Positions 27,156 to 40,806 of a stretch of 64,000 bases of DNA are shown piece by piece. A model generated the notes under the pieces. It had not been told where the DNA came from and made no database searches. It saw only the letters and a list, made by a program, of their open reading frames with translations. Location: contig OX597818.1 in the NCBI GenBank assembly GCA_951406725.2, positions 12,524,001 to 12,588,000 of the forward strand, written 5' to 3'. Within the stretch, counting starts at the first letter, position 1. Every line of letters starts with the position of its first letter. The DNA is from Octopus vulgaris. Taxonomy: Eukaryota. Position numbers and translations under genes: made by a program.

Positions 27156-27780
27156 ATGTTTCCTTAAAATACCCAATTTTAGCGAGAGGATAACTGCAGC
27201 CATCCGAAGAGCTATAAGAAGAGAAGGATTAGGCTTACAACTAGCCCACTTCGGCCTCTCTCTGAGAAGACACCTAGCAAAGAAATGAGCAAAGATCAGC
27301 AATGAATACACTCTAGCTAACTGCTCCAGCCGTGACACAGATTTTTGCCAACGGGTAAATGTTGCGTATAGAATACAATGTAACAAATGCAACTAGTTCT
27401 ATGTGGGTAGCACAAGACCGTACACGTTCGTATTAAAGAACATCTAAATAATCGAGCCTCCTCCTTCAGAAAACATCTAGACAGATGTCGAAACACCGAC
27501 AAAAACCTAACACTCACAATTGAGGCCAATGACAGAAACTTGGGAAATCTAAAAATTAAGAAAGGTATCTTCATAGACAGGCTAGGGCCCCAAATTAACA
27601 ACAGGCTGGAAATTAATAATCAGTATATTATTTAGCTACATCTGGATGCGTGTAAGTTCATGTCTGGTAACATGCTCATATATTATAAAAAAAACAAAAC
27701 AAGCACGTACAATACATAACTTAGAAGCAGCGCTGCGGATATGCCAATACACAAGAGCTAGAGAAACGACCGTCCTCACG
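27156..27780 (+). mobile_element. Penelope-like element GIY-YIG remnant
   Basis: LKIPNFSERITAAIRRAI.. / NVAYRIQCNKCN*FYVGSTR..VRIKEHL..PQIN; 3' HHR half gaaacgaccgtc near 27763. Confidence 0.75.
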
Positions 27781-27991
27781 TACTTCTCATGAGGAATTCC
27801 GGAAGAGGCTTCGTGAGTCCACTGCAAAGACCCTTCCGAAAAAAACAAAACAGTTCAGTAACCATTGAAAAATCGATTATAGCAATGACTCAATCAATTC
27901 TTAGCAATATCTGAAGATAGAATTTTTATATTCCGAAATATCATAACAGACTATCAATAACATATCCGAAATACCAATCAATATCATTCCG

Positions 27992-28093
<102 letters not shown>

Positions 28094-28094
28094 G

Positions 28095-28127
<33 letters not shown>

Positions 28128-28129
28128 CA

Positions 28130-28214
28130 TCCAACTGAGTTATGAAAGAGCTTTAACCATACGGAATTAAATTCTTATATTACAATTCCCTTCACCTGGA
28201 TTTCATTGATAATT

Positions 28215-28284
<70 letters not shown>

Positions 28285-28624
28285 CACATACATAGATACA
28301 CACTTCGTAGTTGTTAAAAGCCAGAAATGAGAGGAAAAATGTGATTCAATTTTGTATAGTTACACCAGTTTAGAATTTATTTTCCTCATGTACTTTGATG
28401 TCCAGGTAGATACGCATTATATCATTTTCTCAAAAATGCATATACAATATATACATCTATGTAAGCAATTTTTTACAATTGTATAGTCATATGATGATTC
28501 ACAAGAGAGTGTTCATTTCTGTTCGAAGATGTCAGAACATGAAGTTCTCTCTGGTGTAACATGTGACTATTCTATCGTATGTGTGCATTCATACACACAC
28601 GCACGCATATAAGAACACACACAC

Positions 28625-28702
<78 letters not shown>

Positions 28703-28878
28703 TTATGTATGTATGTATACAATCTGCATATGAAGAAAATGTACAGTCTATGTACTCACGCATTAGAATATGTACTCACGCATCGGAATCCAAATGAGTT
28801 ATGAAAGAGCTGTAAACATACGGGATTAAATCCTTATATTACAATTCCCTTCACCTGGATTTCATTGATAATTTTTAT
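28130..28878 (+). repeat. ~85-bp direct repeat (28130-28215 / 28790-28878)
   Basis: tgagttatgaaagagct..cttatattacaattcccttcacctggatttcattgataattt occurs twice. Confidence 0.85.
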
Positions 28879-29035
28879 ATACTCTCTGGTAGCAAAATTA
28901 TTGATTTGTTTCCTGATTTTCAGTCAAGCAATGATGCCAATTTGTATATTGAATTACTCTGTAACGTGGTGCCTAGTTTTCCTGCTGGATTGCTAACAGA
29001 ATTTTCCGCTTGATTCTCCGAACCCATTTTCCTAT
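28780..29035 (-). pseudogene. Decayed CUB-like exon candidate
   Basis: aatag|GAAAATGG..ESSG..NEIQVKGIVI*GFNPVCLQLFHNS..|gtgagta donor. Confidence 0.25.
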
Positions 29036-29101
29036 TTAGTCCATCCATCCATCTATATATATGTGTGTGTGTATGCGTGTGTGTGTATAGGAGAGAGAGA
29101 C

Positions 29102-29158
<57 letters not shown>

Positions 29159-29555
29159 ATATGTACGGTATATTATCTATGCGTATGTATCTGTACAGAC
29201 TATGTAGAGTGTGTAGCTGTGTAAACGAGACGAATACCTTTTGGGAAGTGTATGGTAAAGGTTAATAGGAAACAGAGTTAATTGAAGATTGTTATTAAGA
29301 TACGAAATTTTCATTTCCAGGTGCTGAAAATCTGGTTGCCCTATATATTGACTGATTATGGTTTTGATTATGGTTAGCTTGGATTATCTGAACCCGCACT
29401 GAATGACACTAGCTTATAAACATGCACACAACACACAGGCAATTGTTTATACATAAACATATATGTACCTAGAAATATAGAAATATATACATACGTGTAC
29501 ATATACACCCAAGCACACACATATTCACACACACATAATACATACATACAGACAT

Positions 29556-29637
<82 letters not shown>

Positions 29638-29742
29638 TATATATATAGAAAGAGAGGGGGAGAGAGAGAAATATACGCACACAAACATTCACATCTATAT
29701 ATGTATAATTGTATATCTGTATCAATAAATATGCGTATATAA

Positions 29743-29805
<63 letters not shown>

Positions 29806-30342
29806 ATATGCATGTGTATTGTTCTTGATGTGTGTTAGTACAGAAATATTTTGTATACGTAAAACATGTACGCATTATGTAAGCGTATATGTGTGTGTGA
29901 ATATATGTAGATGATCCGTTCAATCTGATTTAGTTCCGTGAAAACACGACGTCGATATGCATATACACGTCTACATGAATACATACCGTGTGACACGTGA
30001 CTGGTGTCGAGATCAATTTATCAACATACACTACAGTCGGCATTTTATCTTTGTTCCAGTAAATTAGCTTTCTTTATCTCTGCAGAAATCAAGCTGTTGT
30101 ATTCAAGTACTTAAGTATGAATGCGTTTCTTGAGATTTATTGAAATCCTCCTTATAGATTTCTAGTCGTTCATTAACAATGTGATAATGATTCCTCTCTA
30201 TGTGCATATAGGAATGTGATTATTTGGAAGGTGTGCGTTTGTGCGTGTGTGCGTGTGTGCGTGTGTGTGTGTGTGTGTGTATGTGTGTGTGCACACACAC
30301 ATACACACACACACAAACATACACACAAACACACACACATGA

Positions 30343-30578
30343 GGCGATGAGCTGGCAGAAACGTTGGCACTCCGGGCGAAATGCTTAGTGGTATTTCGCA
30401 TGCCGCTACGTTCTGAGTTCAAATTCCGCCGAGGTTGACTTTGCCTTTCATCCTTTCGGGGTCGATAAATTAAGTACCAGTTACGCACTGGGGTCGATGT
30501 AATCGACTTTATCCATTTGTCTGTCCCTGTTTGTCCCCTCTATGTCTAGCCCCTTGTGGGCAATAAAGAAATAAGAAA
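30343..30578 (+). mobile_element. Family-A SINE monomer, well conserved
   Basis: ggcgatgagctggcagaa..gagttcaaattccgccgagg..aataaagaaataagaaa. Confidence 0.9.
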
Positions 30579-30948
30579 CACACACGTAAACAGATATATG
30601 TGCATATAGATGTTCATATACAAACGCACACACATAAACACACACACACACATACATATATGCATATTCATATATATACATATATATTTATAAATATATA
30701 GAGATTCATATATTATGCTTGTTTTTAATGTTTAGTTGTGGAATAAATTTTCATTAATCTGATGGGCTACTCTGTTTTTGCAGAGTACAAATGTATTATT
30801 CTTATACTACATAGAAACTTTGATGTCACTGTCAACAAAATTCACGTATAATATTACATGTACCTATAGGCAGATACATATATGCACATACGTATACATA
30901 TATGTATGCATTCATCTATATATATATCTATATCTATATATATATCCA

Positions 30949-31023
<75 letters not shown>

Positions 31024-31213
31024 TTATCTATCTACGGACGTGCTGTCACTTCGGCTCCGAAGGTTATCGTTTATTTTGACTATTTATAGCCCATATTTTG
31101 TGTACATTTTTGTAAATAAGGTGTGTAAGGCACTCAACTTTCGTTTGAGTGCTTTTCCTAGGGGCAGTTTCAACCCTATTTAATTTGCGTATTCTTCTTC
31201 TCGACATTAAAAA

Positions 31214-33468
31214 ATGTCGAGAAATGTTATTGTAGAACGTTGGTCGAATTCCTTTATGGACCAGCATTTTCCTAGCGTTGAAACGCTAAGAGAAAAAAAG
31301 AACTTATGCACGCACACACATTCGACAAAGACAAACCTGAGTGACGTGGTGGTGAACGCTGCAACCACTTGCGGTAACAGCCCTGTCACCACTACCACCA
31401 CCACTAACAACAACAACAACGAGACTACTACTGCTACCACCACCGCCTCCACCACCACCACCACCACCACCACCGCCACCTCATCCACTTCCTCAAGTAC
31501 CAACAACAACACCAATAACAATGACAACAAGAATAACAACAACTGCGCCACCATTTCGATATCTGCTGCCACGGCTGTCTCTTCTGCCACTGACACCACC
31601 GCCAACACCAACAACAAAAACAACAATAACAACAACAACAATTCTGTTCAGACCTTGTTTCCTCCAACACCAAGAACTGAAGGAGATAAACAAAAGAGTG
31701 TGACCACCAAACAAATTGACGAAAGCTGCTCAAACCCAGGAACAAATTATGCAAGTAATTTTCCACCCCTTCCTACTTGCACAATCAAACATCAGACACC
31801 AAATACACCAATTTTACCAACTGCAGCCAACTACAACATCACCACCAGCAACAACAATAACAAAACAACAGCAAATTTCGCCGAGGCGATAAAAGAAAAA
31901 AAGACAACAGTATCTTTTACTGCACAACAGATAAAAGATACCAAAGTTTTAATAACGACAGTAGATGACATGGTAAAAATAAATATACCACAAGAAATAT
32001 TAGAAAAAGAAAAAAAAAAGAACTACTATATATAAAATAATTAATAAGAAAACAAAAAGTTCAGAGAAGGCTAACACAAGCAAAATCGAAAAATGCTTGA
32101 AACCCATCTGGAACTTCAAAGAGTATGTGACCCGGTGGAACAAGTTCGCGCATATACAAGTGGTTTTCCACACTGAAGAGTTAGCAAAACGTTTCTCAAC
32201 GCTAACTTTTCATTCATGTGAACTCACATTAATACCAAGCTATCGTGGACAGAAAGTGACTAAGATCACTTTAAACAATGTTCCAAAAATAGCGAACAAT
32301 CCATGGCTAGCAACGGCCATATGTGTGAAAATGGAAGATTTCACAATTTTACAAACTACGGTCACGGAACTCAAAAACTGGGTGGGAAAAAGAGTAGAAT
32401 TTCTACTACACATCAACCAAGATGATATCAAGAAAATACTCACCCAGATATGTGTATCAGAAGACCACAAGTTGTATGTGGTCGTCGATGGCAGAAGACC
32501 ACGTTGCTACATATGCGGCAGTGAGCAACATCTAAAAAAAGATTGCAAATCTGCCGCAAGAAAACAACAGCAACAACAACAGCAGCCGGAAAAAACAAAA
32601 AAAAGCAAGCTTTACTACCCACACCACAGTTTGCACGAACAGGACTAATCACAGAAAATCAACAAAAAACAAACCTACCCAACCAAACAACACCACCGAC
32701 TGCACCAAGAACAGAAACAACACCAACAACAACAACCAAGAATAAACGAACTCCCAAACCAAGAACATCTACCAAAAAGACAAGCATCGAAAATGAAGAA
32801 ACAATTACCACTCCAAATCCCCACAAAACTGACACCCCAAACAACACAATACCTACAATCACTCAAACACAAAATACCCACACCCTCACCTCCTAAACCC
32901 CATACACCACAACCTAACGCTCACCAACCAACACCAACAACAAAATCAACACAGTCTAAAATAGACCCCAATACTTTTCCCCTCCCACTCTCTGATTCCT
33001 CTGATTTGTCATTAGATGAAGAAGACACAGAAGATTGGCAAATATCCACAGGAGGGAAGAGAAAAAGGGGAAAAAAGAACAGAAAAGATAACAAACAAAG
33101 CAGGAAGATTCACCACTCCAGAAACAAAAACATCCACAGAAAACGAACACATCAACACAAACACACCAACATCAAATCCCCCAACATTGTTGACAGCCAT
33201 AAACACAAACGACCACGACCTAATGGAATACATTAGATCAAACACCAACATAACTGAAAACGACATAAGAACAAATAACCACCCACGCACAACACCACCA
33301 CAACACATTAAAATAATACACGTAACACAGAACACATGCAGCACCCTGAAATCTCTTTACCCTGATGCAGTAGGGAGATTTCAAAAATATTCATCAAAGA
33401 AACTGTATAAAAACCTCATGGAAGAAGACTGTGAGGTGAAAAACAAAGGACTTTCGGACAACAAGTAA
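31214..33468 (+). pseudogene. Tx1-like ORF1 (gag-like nucleic-acid-binding protein), frameshifted
   Basis: T/N-rich N-terminus, NFAEAIK motif, CYICGSEQHLKKDC zinc knuckle, WQISTGGKRKR. Breaks occur near poly-A runs (~32010, ~32600). Confidence 0.8.
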
Positions 33469-33535
33469 CCTTTTCTCTCTCTCTTTCTTTTTTTGCACAT
33501 TCTTTTCGTGTGTAAAACACAATTTTTATCAGAAC

Positions 33536-36500
33536 ATGCTCAGAATAGGTAGTATAAATGTACGTGGCTTGGGGTCGCCTTGGAAACAAGGCTACCTGTT
33601 AAATGATATCAAGTCACTAAATCTGCATATCATAGCCATCAGTGAGACCAGACTCCACAGCCCGCGGGCACTCCAGCACATGTTCGGTACACATTTCAAC
33701 ATTTATTTTTCTCCGTGTCCTCCGAGAATAGGCGGAGGTGGCACCGCGGTGCTTCTCCGGAAGAGTCTGGATCTCAAAGTAAGAGCAATTTTCCTAGACC
33801 CGGAGGGTAGGCTGGTCGTTTTGGATGTCGATGGCAGCAATGAGTGTGCTTTTCGACTGATAACAGTTTATGCTCCGTCCTTAACAGGCCGACCACATTT
33901 CTTTCGACGTCTAGAGTCTTTCATGGGAACGTCTCGTCCTTTACTTTTAGTGGGGGATTGGAATGCCACCCTGGACACGCATCTAGACTACGTGGGCAGA
34001 GATAGCAATAGAAGGGGATGCAAATGCCTCAAAGACCTGCTCAGACGTTTCCAACTGTCTGACAGGTACCGACTGGACCACCCGAATGTGCCAATGTGGA
34101 CATGGAGTAACCGCAGCGGGTCGTCCAGATCATATTTAGATAGAGTGTTCTGTAGGACAATAGATAAAAATAGTGTAGGTTGTCCACAATTTCATATAGT
34201 CAGTTACACAGATCACAAGTTTGTGACTTGTACACTTGACTTAGATAAGACACATAGGTAGGGTCCTGGTTACTGGAAACTGAACGCGTCTTTTACAGCA
34301 CGACAGGTTTACAGGGACCGGATCAGCAGATTAGTTAAGAGAGCTTTGACGAGTACCATCATCAACAACAGATGGTGGTTTGCCCTAAAAAAAGCAATTA
34401 AAGCAGAATCAGTCAGATACAGTAAAGCCCTAACATTAGACCGAAATAGAATAGAGGGAGCATTAGTTAAGGTTTTAGAAGAGGCACTTAGAACTGGCAT
34501 CGCGTCCTACGTGCTGGCGGCGAGATTGGCCCTCGACCAACACCTCAACGCCAAACACGAAGGATGCGTTGTCAGAGCTAGGATGTGTGCTCTGAGGAAC
34601 GAAGGAGTTGGAGCCGCCCAAGACGCCCGAGTGGTGGAGACGCAACGAGGCAACAGAGCCACCATCAAGTCTCTTATAGATGAACAGGGGCGCGAATTGC
34701 TCGAGCCTAAAAGGATGTGTGGGGCTTTTCAACAACACTTCACCCAACTGTTTGGGACAAGTGGTGGGTCAGAACGCAGAGTAGACTTTAGTGCCTACCT
34801 GCATGCCTTGCCACGACTCTCAGCAAGAGAGGTGGAGTCTTGTGAAAGGCCTATCACAGCTGCGGACGTACAGGATGCGATGGAGAGTTGCGCGAGAGAC
34901 AAGTCACCAGGCTTGGATGGTCTGCCCTACGAACTTTATTGTCATATGCCAGACTTGTTTGGAGGCGTCTTGGCAGCTGTCTACTGCAAATGGCAGCAAA
35001 ACGGGAGTATTCCTGCTTTTGTAAAGCGAGGAGCAGTGGCACTGATTAAGAAAGACCCAAACAAGGGGGACGTCATAGATAATTTCAGGCCCATCACTCT
35101 GCTCAACGCAAATTTGAAAATTTTGGCCAAGGTGTTAGCCGAGAGGTTAGCGCTTGTCATCAAGAAACTAATCGACAAGGCGCAAACATGCGCCGTGCAG
35201 GGTAGAAGTATTCATGACAACTTCCATCTGATGCGTTACATCATAGACAGGGTAGTCAAGAATCCTGGCATGGGTGGGGCGCTGATCAATTTGGATCAAT
35301 CAAAAGCCTTCGATAGGGTAGACCATCACTACTTGGAGGCTGTCCTTAAAGCGGCTGGTTTCGGTCCAGTTTTTCCGCGGTTGGATCGCTGCCTTATACA
35401 GCGGCATCCGCTCAGTAGTTCGCGTAAATGGTCATCTATCCAGACCTTTTAACATCATGCGTTCGGTTCGTCAGGGATGCACCCTCTCATCGCTGCTGTA
35501 TGTATTGACTCTTGAGCCACTACTGCGGAAACTGTCGACGCTGAGGGGCATCCCACGAGAGCTGGGATGCGGTAGGAGCGTGTCTGCATACGCGGATAGC
35601 GTCACAATCATAGTGTCGAGCTACCAGCACATCGAGCTGGTCGGCGAGATACAAAAAGAATACGAAGCGGTAACAGGAGCAAAAATTAACCGGGAAAAGT
35701 CAGTGGGCTTGCGGCTCGGCACCTGGAGAAGCAGGCCCATGCCGTCCAACAGCGTCTCCATTGTGGGGCGCTGGACGGACGGACCGTTTAAATTGCTCGG
35801 GGTCTGGTTCGGTCCGAACCTCCAAATGGAGAAGAACTGGGGTGAGTTAACGACTAGGGTGGCTACTCTCACCCAGAAATGGGCTAAGAGAAAGCTATCC
35901 CTAAAAGGTCGGGCGGAGGTGGCGAACGCGTACATCGCATCCGTCATCAAGTATCGTCTGACCGTCGTGCCTTGTCCCGACCCTACCATCACCAAACTGG
36001 AACGTATACTCTTCCGCTTCCTGTGGAAGGGAAACATTCCGATGGTTAGGCGATCCATTTGCTGTCAACACCCGCTAAATGGAGGGCTGGGCATGCCGTG
36101 GTTGATGGTACGCAGACATGCGCTGAGACTGCTACATTCTATAGAGGATTAGTGGAGGGGAGGTGCGACGACAAGCTCGGGCAGAGTCTGGGCGTCGACG
36201 AGGAACACTTCAGGACAACTTTCGGGCCGGGACCTATGAACAATCACCAAAGATCCCTGGCCTGGCAGTGCTATCGAGAAGCATTACCTGTTCGGGATAA
36301 GCTCTACAGATACGGTTCCAGACACACTCGACCGACTTGCCCGAGATGCGGTCAGAGCGACGAAACCGTTCTGCACGCACTCGTGCAATGTCCAACCATT
36401 TCAGACCTGTGGGCTTATGCCGAACGGCTGCTGTCACGTGTAGGACGAATCCGCCTTTCGGCCGAGTCTATCATGGAAATTGCTCCGCCCCCTTCCCTCA

Positions 36501-36757
36501 ACCGGGAAGGCAAGGCAGTTTTCATCGTACTGGTGGCCATGGTGAAAGAATGTGTGTGGTGGACCCGAGCGAAAGGATTAGAGACAAACACTTACCTCTC
36601 TGGCCAAACGCTCATCAACTTTTTCAAGTACCACTTGAAATGGAAGGTGAGAATTGAGAGGGAAGTTTTGTCTCGCGAAGGATTCAAAAACAGATGGGTG
36701 AATGTTGCAAAGATGGTGCGTGCGGGTGACGAAACCATTTTGAGCATGACCCTGTAA
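33536..36757 (+). pseudogene. Tx1-like ORF2: APE endonuclease + reverse transcriptase + C-terminal Cys/His finger, disrupted
   Basis: SINVRGL, ISETR, GDWN, YLDR, TDH (APE); KSPGLDG, FRPITLLN, DQSKAFDRV, VRQGC.LS, YADS (RT, canonical YADD); CPRC..ETVLHALVQC. Stop at 34259; frameshifts near 35370 and 36140. Confidence 0.92.
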
Positions 36758-37130
36758 ATCGTAAAAAAGAAAGAGCGAGAGCATTTTGCTCTCATGTGGT
36801 TATTTCCTACCTGACTGAGGTTCCCGTGGTCTTTTCTGTAGGCTTTTCTTCCAACGGATGAACCCAATCTTGTTTTATCAATGTTTTTATCAATGTTTCT
36901 GTGATACACGATTTCTTTCCTTTTTTTCCTCCTCTCGATCCCTTTTGATCGCAATCTTACATTTATTTTCTTTTTTTTTCCACCCTCAAAAAGAAAAGCT
37001 CTACATTTGTATTTTGTCCCCTCTGTATTCAGCCCTGTGTGGCTAATAAAAGAAAGTTATCTATCTATCTATATCAATGTACACATATATAGATGCATAT
37101 ATATATATATATATATATATATTAATATAC

Positions 37131-37171
<41 letters not shown>

Positions 37172-37239
37172 CAGACATACATATATACTCAAACAGACAA
37201 ACACACACACACACACATATGGGATATCCCATAAAATGT

Positions 37240-37330
37240 CAGTAGGTATGAGAGCTGAATATATTTATTTAAACACTTGATATCCTTAGGATTACGGCCG
37301 TTTCGCAGACTACGTGATGCAACAATAATT
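37240..37330 (-). mobile_element. PLE pLTR fragment with 3' half of an HHR
   Basis: Minus strand gtctgc GAAAC ggcc GTA atcc...aaataaat. Confidence 0.45.
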
Positions 37331-37476
37331 TATTTTACATGTGGGCACTGATATGCATATGCATTGTACAATACAAACATCTGATTTAGTAATCAAAGCA
37401 AATAAAGAATACATGCTTTCAGATAATAATAACATCACGGTTATATCAATGCTTGATCACTGCGTAAATATTCTTT

Positions 37477-37520
<44 letters not shown>

Positions 37521-37544
37521 TACATATATACGAGTACTTAAGTC

Positions 37545-37808
37545 AGCGCTAGAAAACAAAAGACCATCTTTGTTTTTAAGACGAAAGGTTGTTCTTCCAT
37601 CAAGATAATGCTCGGCCAGATACAGCGCGGATGACATTCGAAAAGCTGGGGCAGTGAGTTTTGGAGGAGGAGCGTTTCAAGTCTAACAGATAGATGGAAG
37701 CACATTGTAGAAAATGAAGGAGAGTATATTTTTAATTAAAAAAGAACTTTGTATATCTTAATTTTGAAAAATAATACAAAAACGCATTATTTGTAGTATG
37801 ACCCGATA
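37545..37808 (+). mobile_element. Mariner transposon 3' remnant
   Basis: KRP..FHQDNARPDTA..RWKHIVENEGEY, then TIR-like aaaacgcattatttg..tgacccgata. Confidence 0.75.
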
Positions 37809-37819
37809 TGTGTGTGTAC

Positions 37820-37883
<64 letters not shown>

Positions 37884-37960
37884 GTGTGTGTGTGACCTCG
37901 TGTGTACCGTTGGCGATTTTTTCCTCTGTCTTCCCTTCTCTGGATCTTTCCTTCTCCTAT

Positions 37961-37995
37961 GTTTCCGACGAAGAGCTCCACTCGAAACTTTAAAC
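37961..37995 (+). ncRNA. Degenerate minimal HHR within a short pLTR-like repeat (~37893-38095)
   Basis: gttt CCGACGA a gag ctcca ctc GAAAC ttt aaac. Confidence 0.5.
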
Positions 37996-38093
37996 CTTCC
38001 TTCTTCCCTTCTTTCCTGAGCGTCCAATAATACTATATTTGTTCCACGTCCTCGCGCTGTTGTGTTTTTTTTGTGTTTTCTTGTTTCGATTAA

Positions 38094-38131
<38 letters not shown>

Positions 38132-38649
38132 TTTGCACAAACATATACATATATATATATATATCCATATAAACGCACGCTCACAGTGCATTGTGTTTAT
38201 TATGTAAAATTGTATATGTACCTAGCAGTTAGCCGATGAAGCACGTTCACTGCCTATGGGCACCTGCCATCATTATCCACGGTATTTACACAATTGTCGC
38301 TGGTTCTACCTCAGGAAATCCTCAGTCTTCGTTGAATAAATAGTAAATGATAGAGACGGAAAATTGAAGATACGAGAAACTTTATAAAGTTACTGTTGAA
38401 TCCCATAGAACAGCCGTAAGCTCAGAGAACCTGCTTAGGAAGTCTTTGCGTTCCCTCAAATTTTAATGTTCTTAGTTGAGTACACTTCCTATGCTTTAAA
38501 TTAACACTTTTATTTTGCAATGGGTGTTGGGTAAGTGCTACGATGTATCCCTTAAAGGCCGTTTAAGTGGATAGTATTCACGTGCTCTTGTCAGTATTCC
38601 TTAGTTTGAGATATATCCTGTATATACTTATTAATGTTGACATTACCAA

Positions 38650-39216
38650 CAAGTATTAGTACTTTTCTCTACAAGTGTCCAGTGTAGCTTTCCATATCTT
38701 GGCACTACTACCTCTGCTGCAAAAGTTTCATGGGAAATTGTCTTGTTGTACGTATTCAGCGCTGATTTCCATACATTTTGAATTCCTGTTGCAGGAATTT
38801 CCTTTATCTTGATTGTTGAAAGTCCTAACGTATTCTCATAGAATACTGGCTGCTTGCAACTATCATCATTCAAACGAGCAAGCGACACAAATCATTAATA
38901 TTTATGTTCACTGTTCGGTAAGCAAACTTTCTTAGATTGATTGCAAATGGGAAGATTTATACAGAACATACCCATTCCCATGATCCATAAGGATTCTTTA
39001 ATGTTCCCGAACTTTCTTCCTCTATAATGTTTCCTGAACATAGTTTCAGGACATCTGCTAAAAATGAATAACGTCAACTTTTTTTCCACTTCTGATTCTA
39101 ATAAGCAATGCCATTGTTTGTTTTAAAAAACCTGATAGGAGATACACTCACAAGCAAAATGGCACTGACAATAGAAACACTGGCAACAGAAATGACAGGG
39201 CAGATAAGACGACGCC
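38650..39216 (-). pseudogene. Hydrophobic (signal-peptide-like) exon plus CUB-like exon, decayed
   Basis: 65-nt exon 39216-39152 (tttcag| ... |gtgagt; one frame reads GVVLSALSFLLPVFLLSVPF), ~95-bp intron ending tttttagcag, then DVLKLCSGNIIEEESSGTLKNP..VCSV*IF..NININDL/DSCKQPVFYENTLG. Confidence 0.45.
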
Positions 39217-39664
39217 CTGAAATATTTCTGCCGATAGCCTGATTCTCTTTGGCTATTACGATCACTTCTGTCCTCAGAGATAGCTATTTGGATTTCCTAT
39301 ACATTTTAGTGTCTCTAAAACAGACACTGTTTTGAAAATCCCCAGTAACTCTAGAATCTATGTTTCAAATATCTAATACTTATTACTGTTAGTAGTCGCC
39401 CGTGACACACTTTTGTTTCTTTAGGGACAACTTGTAGGTAAACAATTGTTCAGAACAACTAGCTTTTATATTAACTATTTATTACCCGTCAAATTATTTC
39501 GTAGCAGTATTCAAACAATCCATGTATAGCTTATAAATACCATCTGCACGTACTGTGAGTCTATAGTAGTTTTTTTCTACATTTGTCTCTTGTTTCTTCC
39601 AAACGAGTGTTGTCCGCAAAACTTCCAGCAAGTTTGGTGTGTTAAATTCAGCCTGCAAAATTCG

Positions 39665-39737
39665 TAAAGTAAAGGCAGACGAAATACTACTAAGCATTTT
39701 GCGCGGCATGGAAACGATTCTGCTACCTCACCGCCTT
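39665..39737 (-). mobile_element. Family-A SINE head fragment
   Basis: cagacgaaatactactaagcattttgcgcggc..gattctgctacctcaccgcc. Confidence 0.6.
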
Positions 39738-40028
39738 CACTGTGCCTGTATCTACATATATCTATTATAAGTAGGAACTTGTGCACTCTAATATTTGCTG
39801 CTGAATTAAAAGTTTGAAACATCCCAAAAATATTATGATAGAGCCAGTGTGAACATTAGACGGACACAGTTAGATTTTTAATTTAATTTTGCTATGAACT
39901 ACTAGAATATACTATTGGATATCAAAATATTTCGCTGTACATCTACAATCTGATAAGTGATAGTATTTCAATAGACATATGTGAGAGTATGTGTTGAAAT
40001 ACAGCAAAATAGAAACGTAGGTGATGGG

Positions 40029-40424
40029 GCTGTATGGTAGCTAGTTCCCTTTACGTCATGATTTGAAAGCTTACCGATAGTTGTCACCCTTACACAAAAA
40101 GACAAAAAACAAAAAAACAAACAATTTTATACGTAAATGGAAATTTCTGTCTGTTACCATCTTGCTACCTACACCAGAGAACCAATCTTGACGAAACTTT
40201 GCATACATGTTAAACCATCATCCATTTCAATTATAGGCTAATTAGATTTCCTGTAATTGGCTCCTTAGGGGGATTGGGCTATTATTTGATAAAATGAGAA
40301 GGGTGCAATGAGTAGCATAGTGAGTGTGGTTGATATCAGGGAAGAAGAGAACAGCGTTGTGTAAGCGACAAATATGGAGTAGCACACACGCACACACAGA
40401 CACACACACACACACAAACAACAG

Positions 40425-40455
<31 letters not shown>

Positions 40456-40737
40456 ACATTGATACAGACACAGGTACACACACATGACTCACTTTTAAAA
40501 CGCCGAGGATGGGAAAAAAGGCGTGTGAGAGGAATACGTAGTTTTAAGAAGAGACCGGGCAGGTAGCTTTTCTGCTGTCCATCGCGAAGAAATGCTCACA
40601 CACAGACGCACACTCATATACATACATATGTATAAATACATGCGTACAAGCATTCATAGATACCTATCTCTACTAGACACCATTTTATACTCGTGATTAC
40701 CTGTGCTTACGTTTGTAAATGTGTGTCTGTTGTAGTA

Positions 40738-40806
<69 letters not shown>

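Larger units (their letters stand above)
31035..37056 (+). mobile_element. Near full-length L1/Tx1-clade non-LTR retrotransposon
   Basis: 5'UTR, ORF1 with CCHC knuckle, ORF2 APE-RT-zinc finger, AATAAA at 37045. TSD ttatctatcta at 31024-31034 and 37057-37067. Confidence 0.93.
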
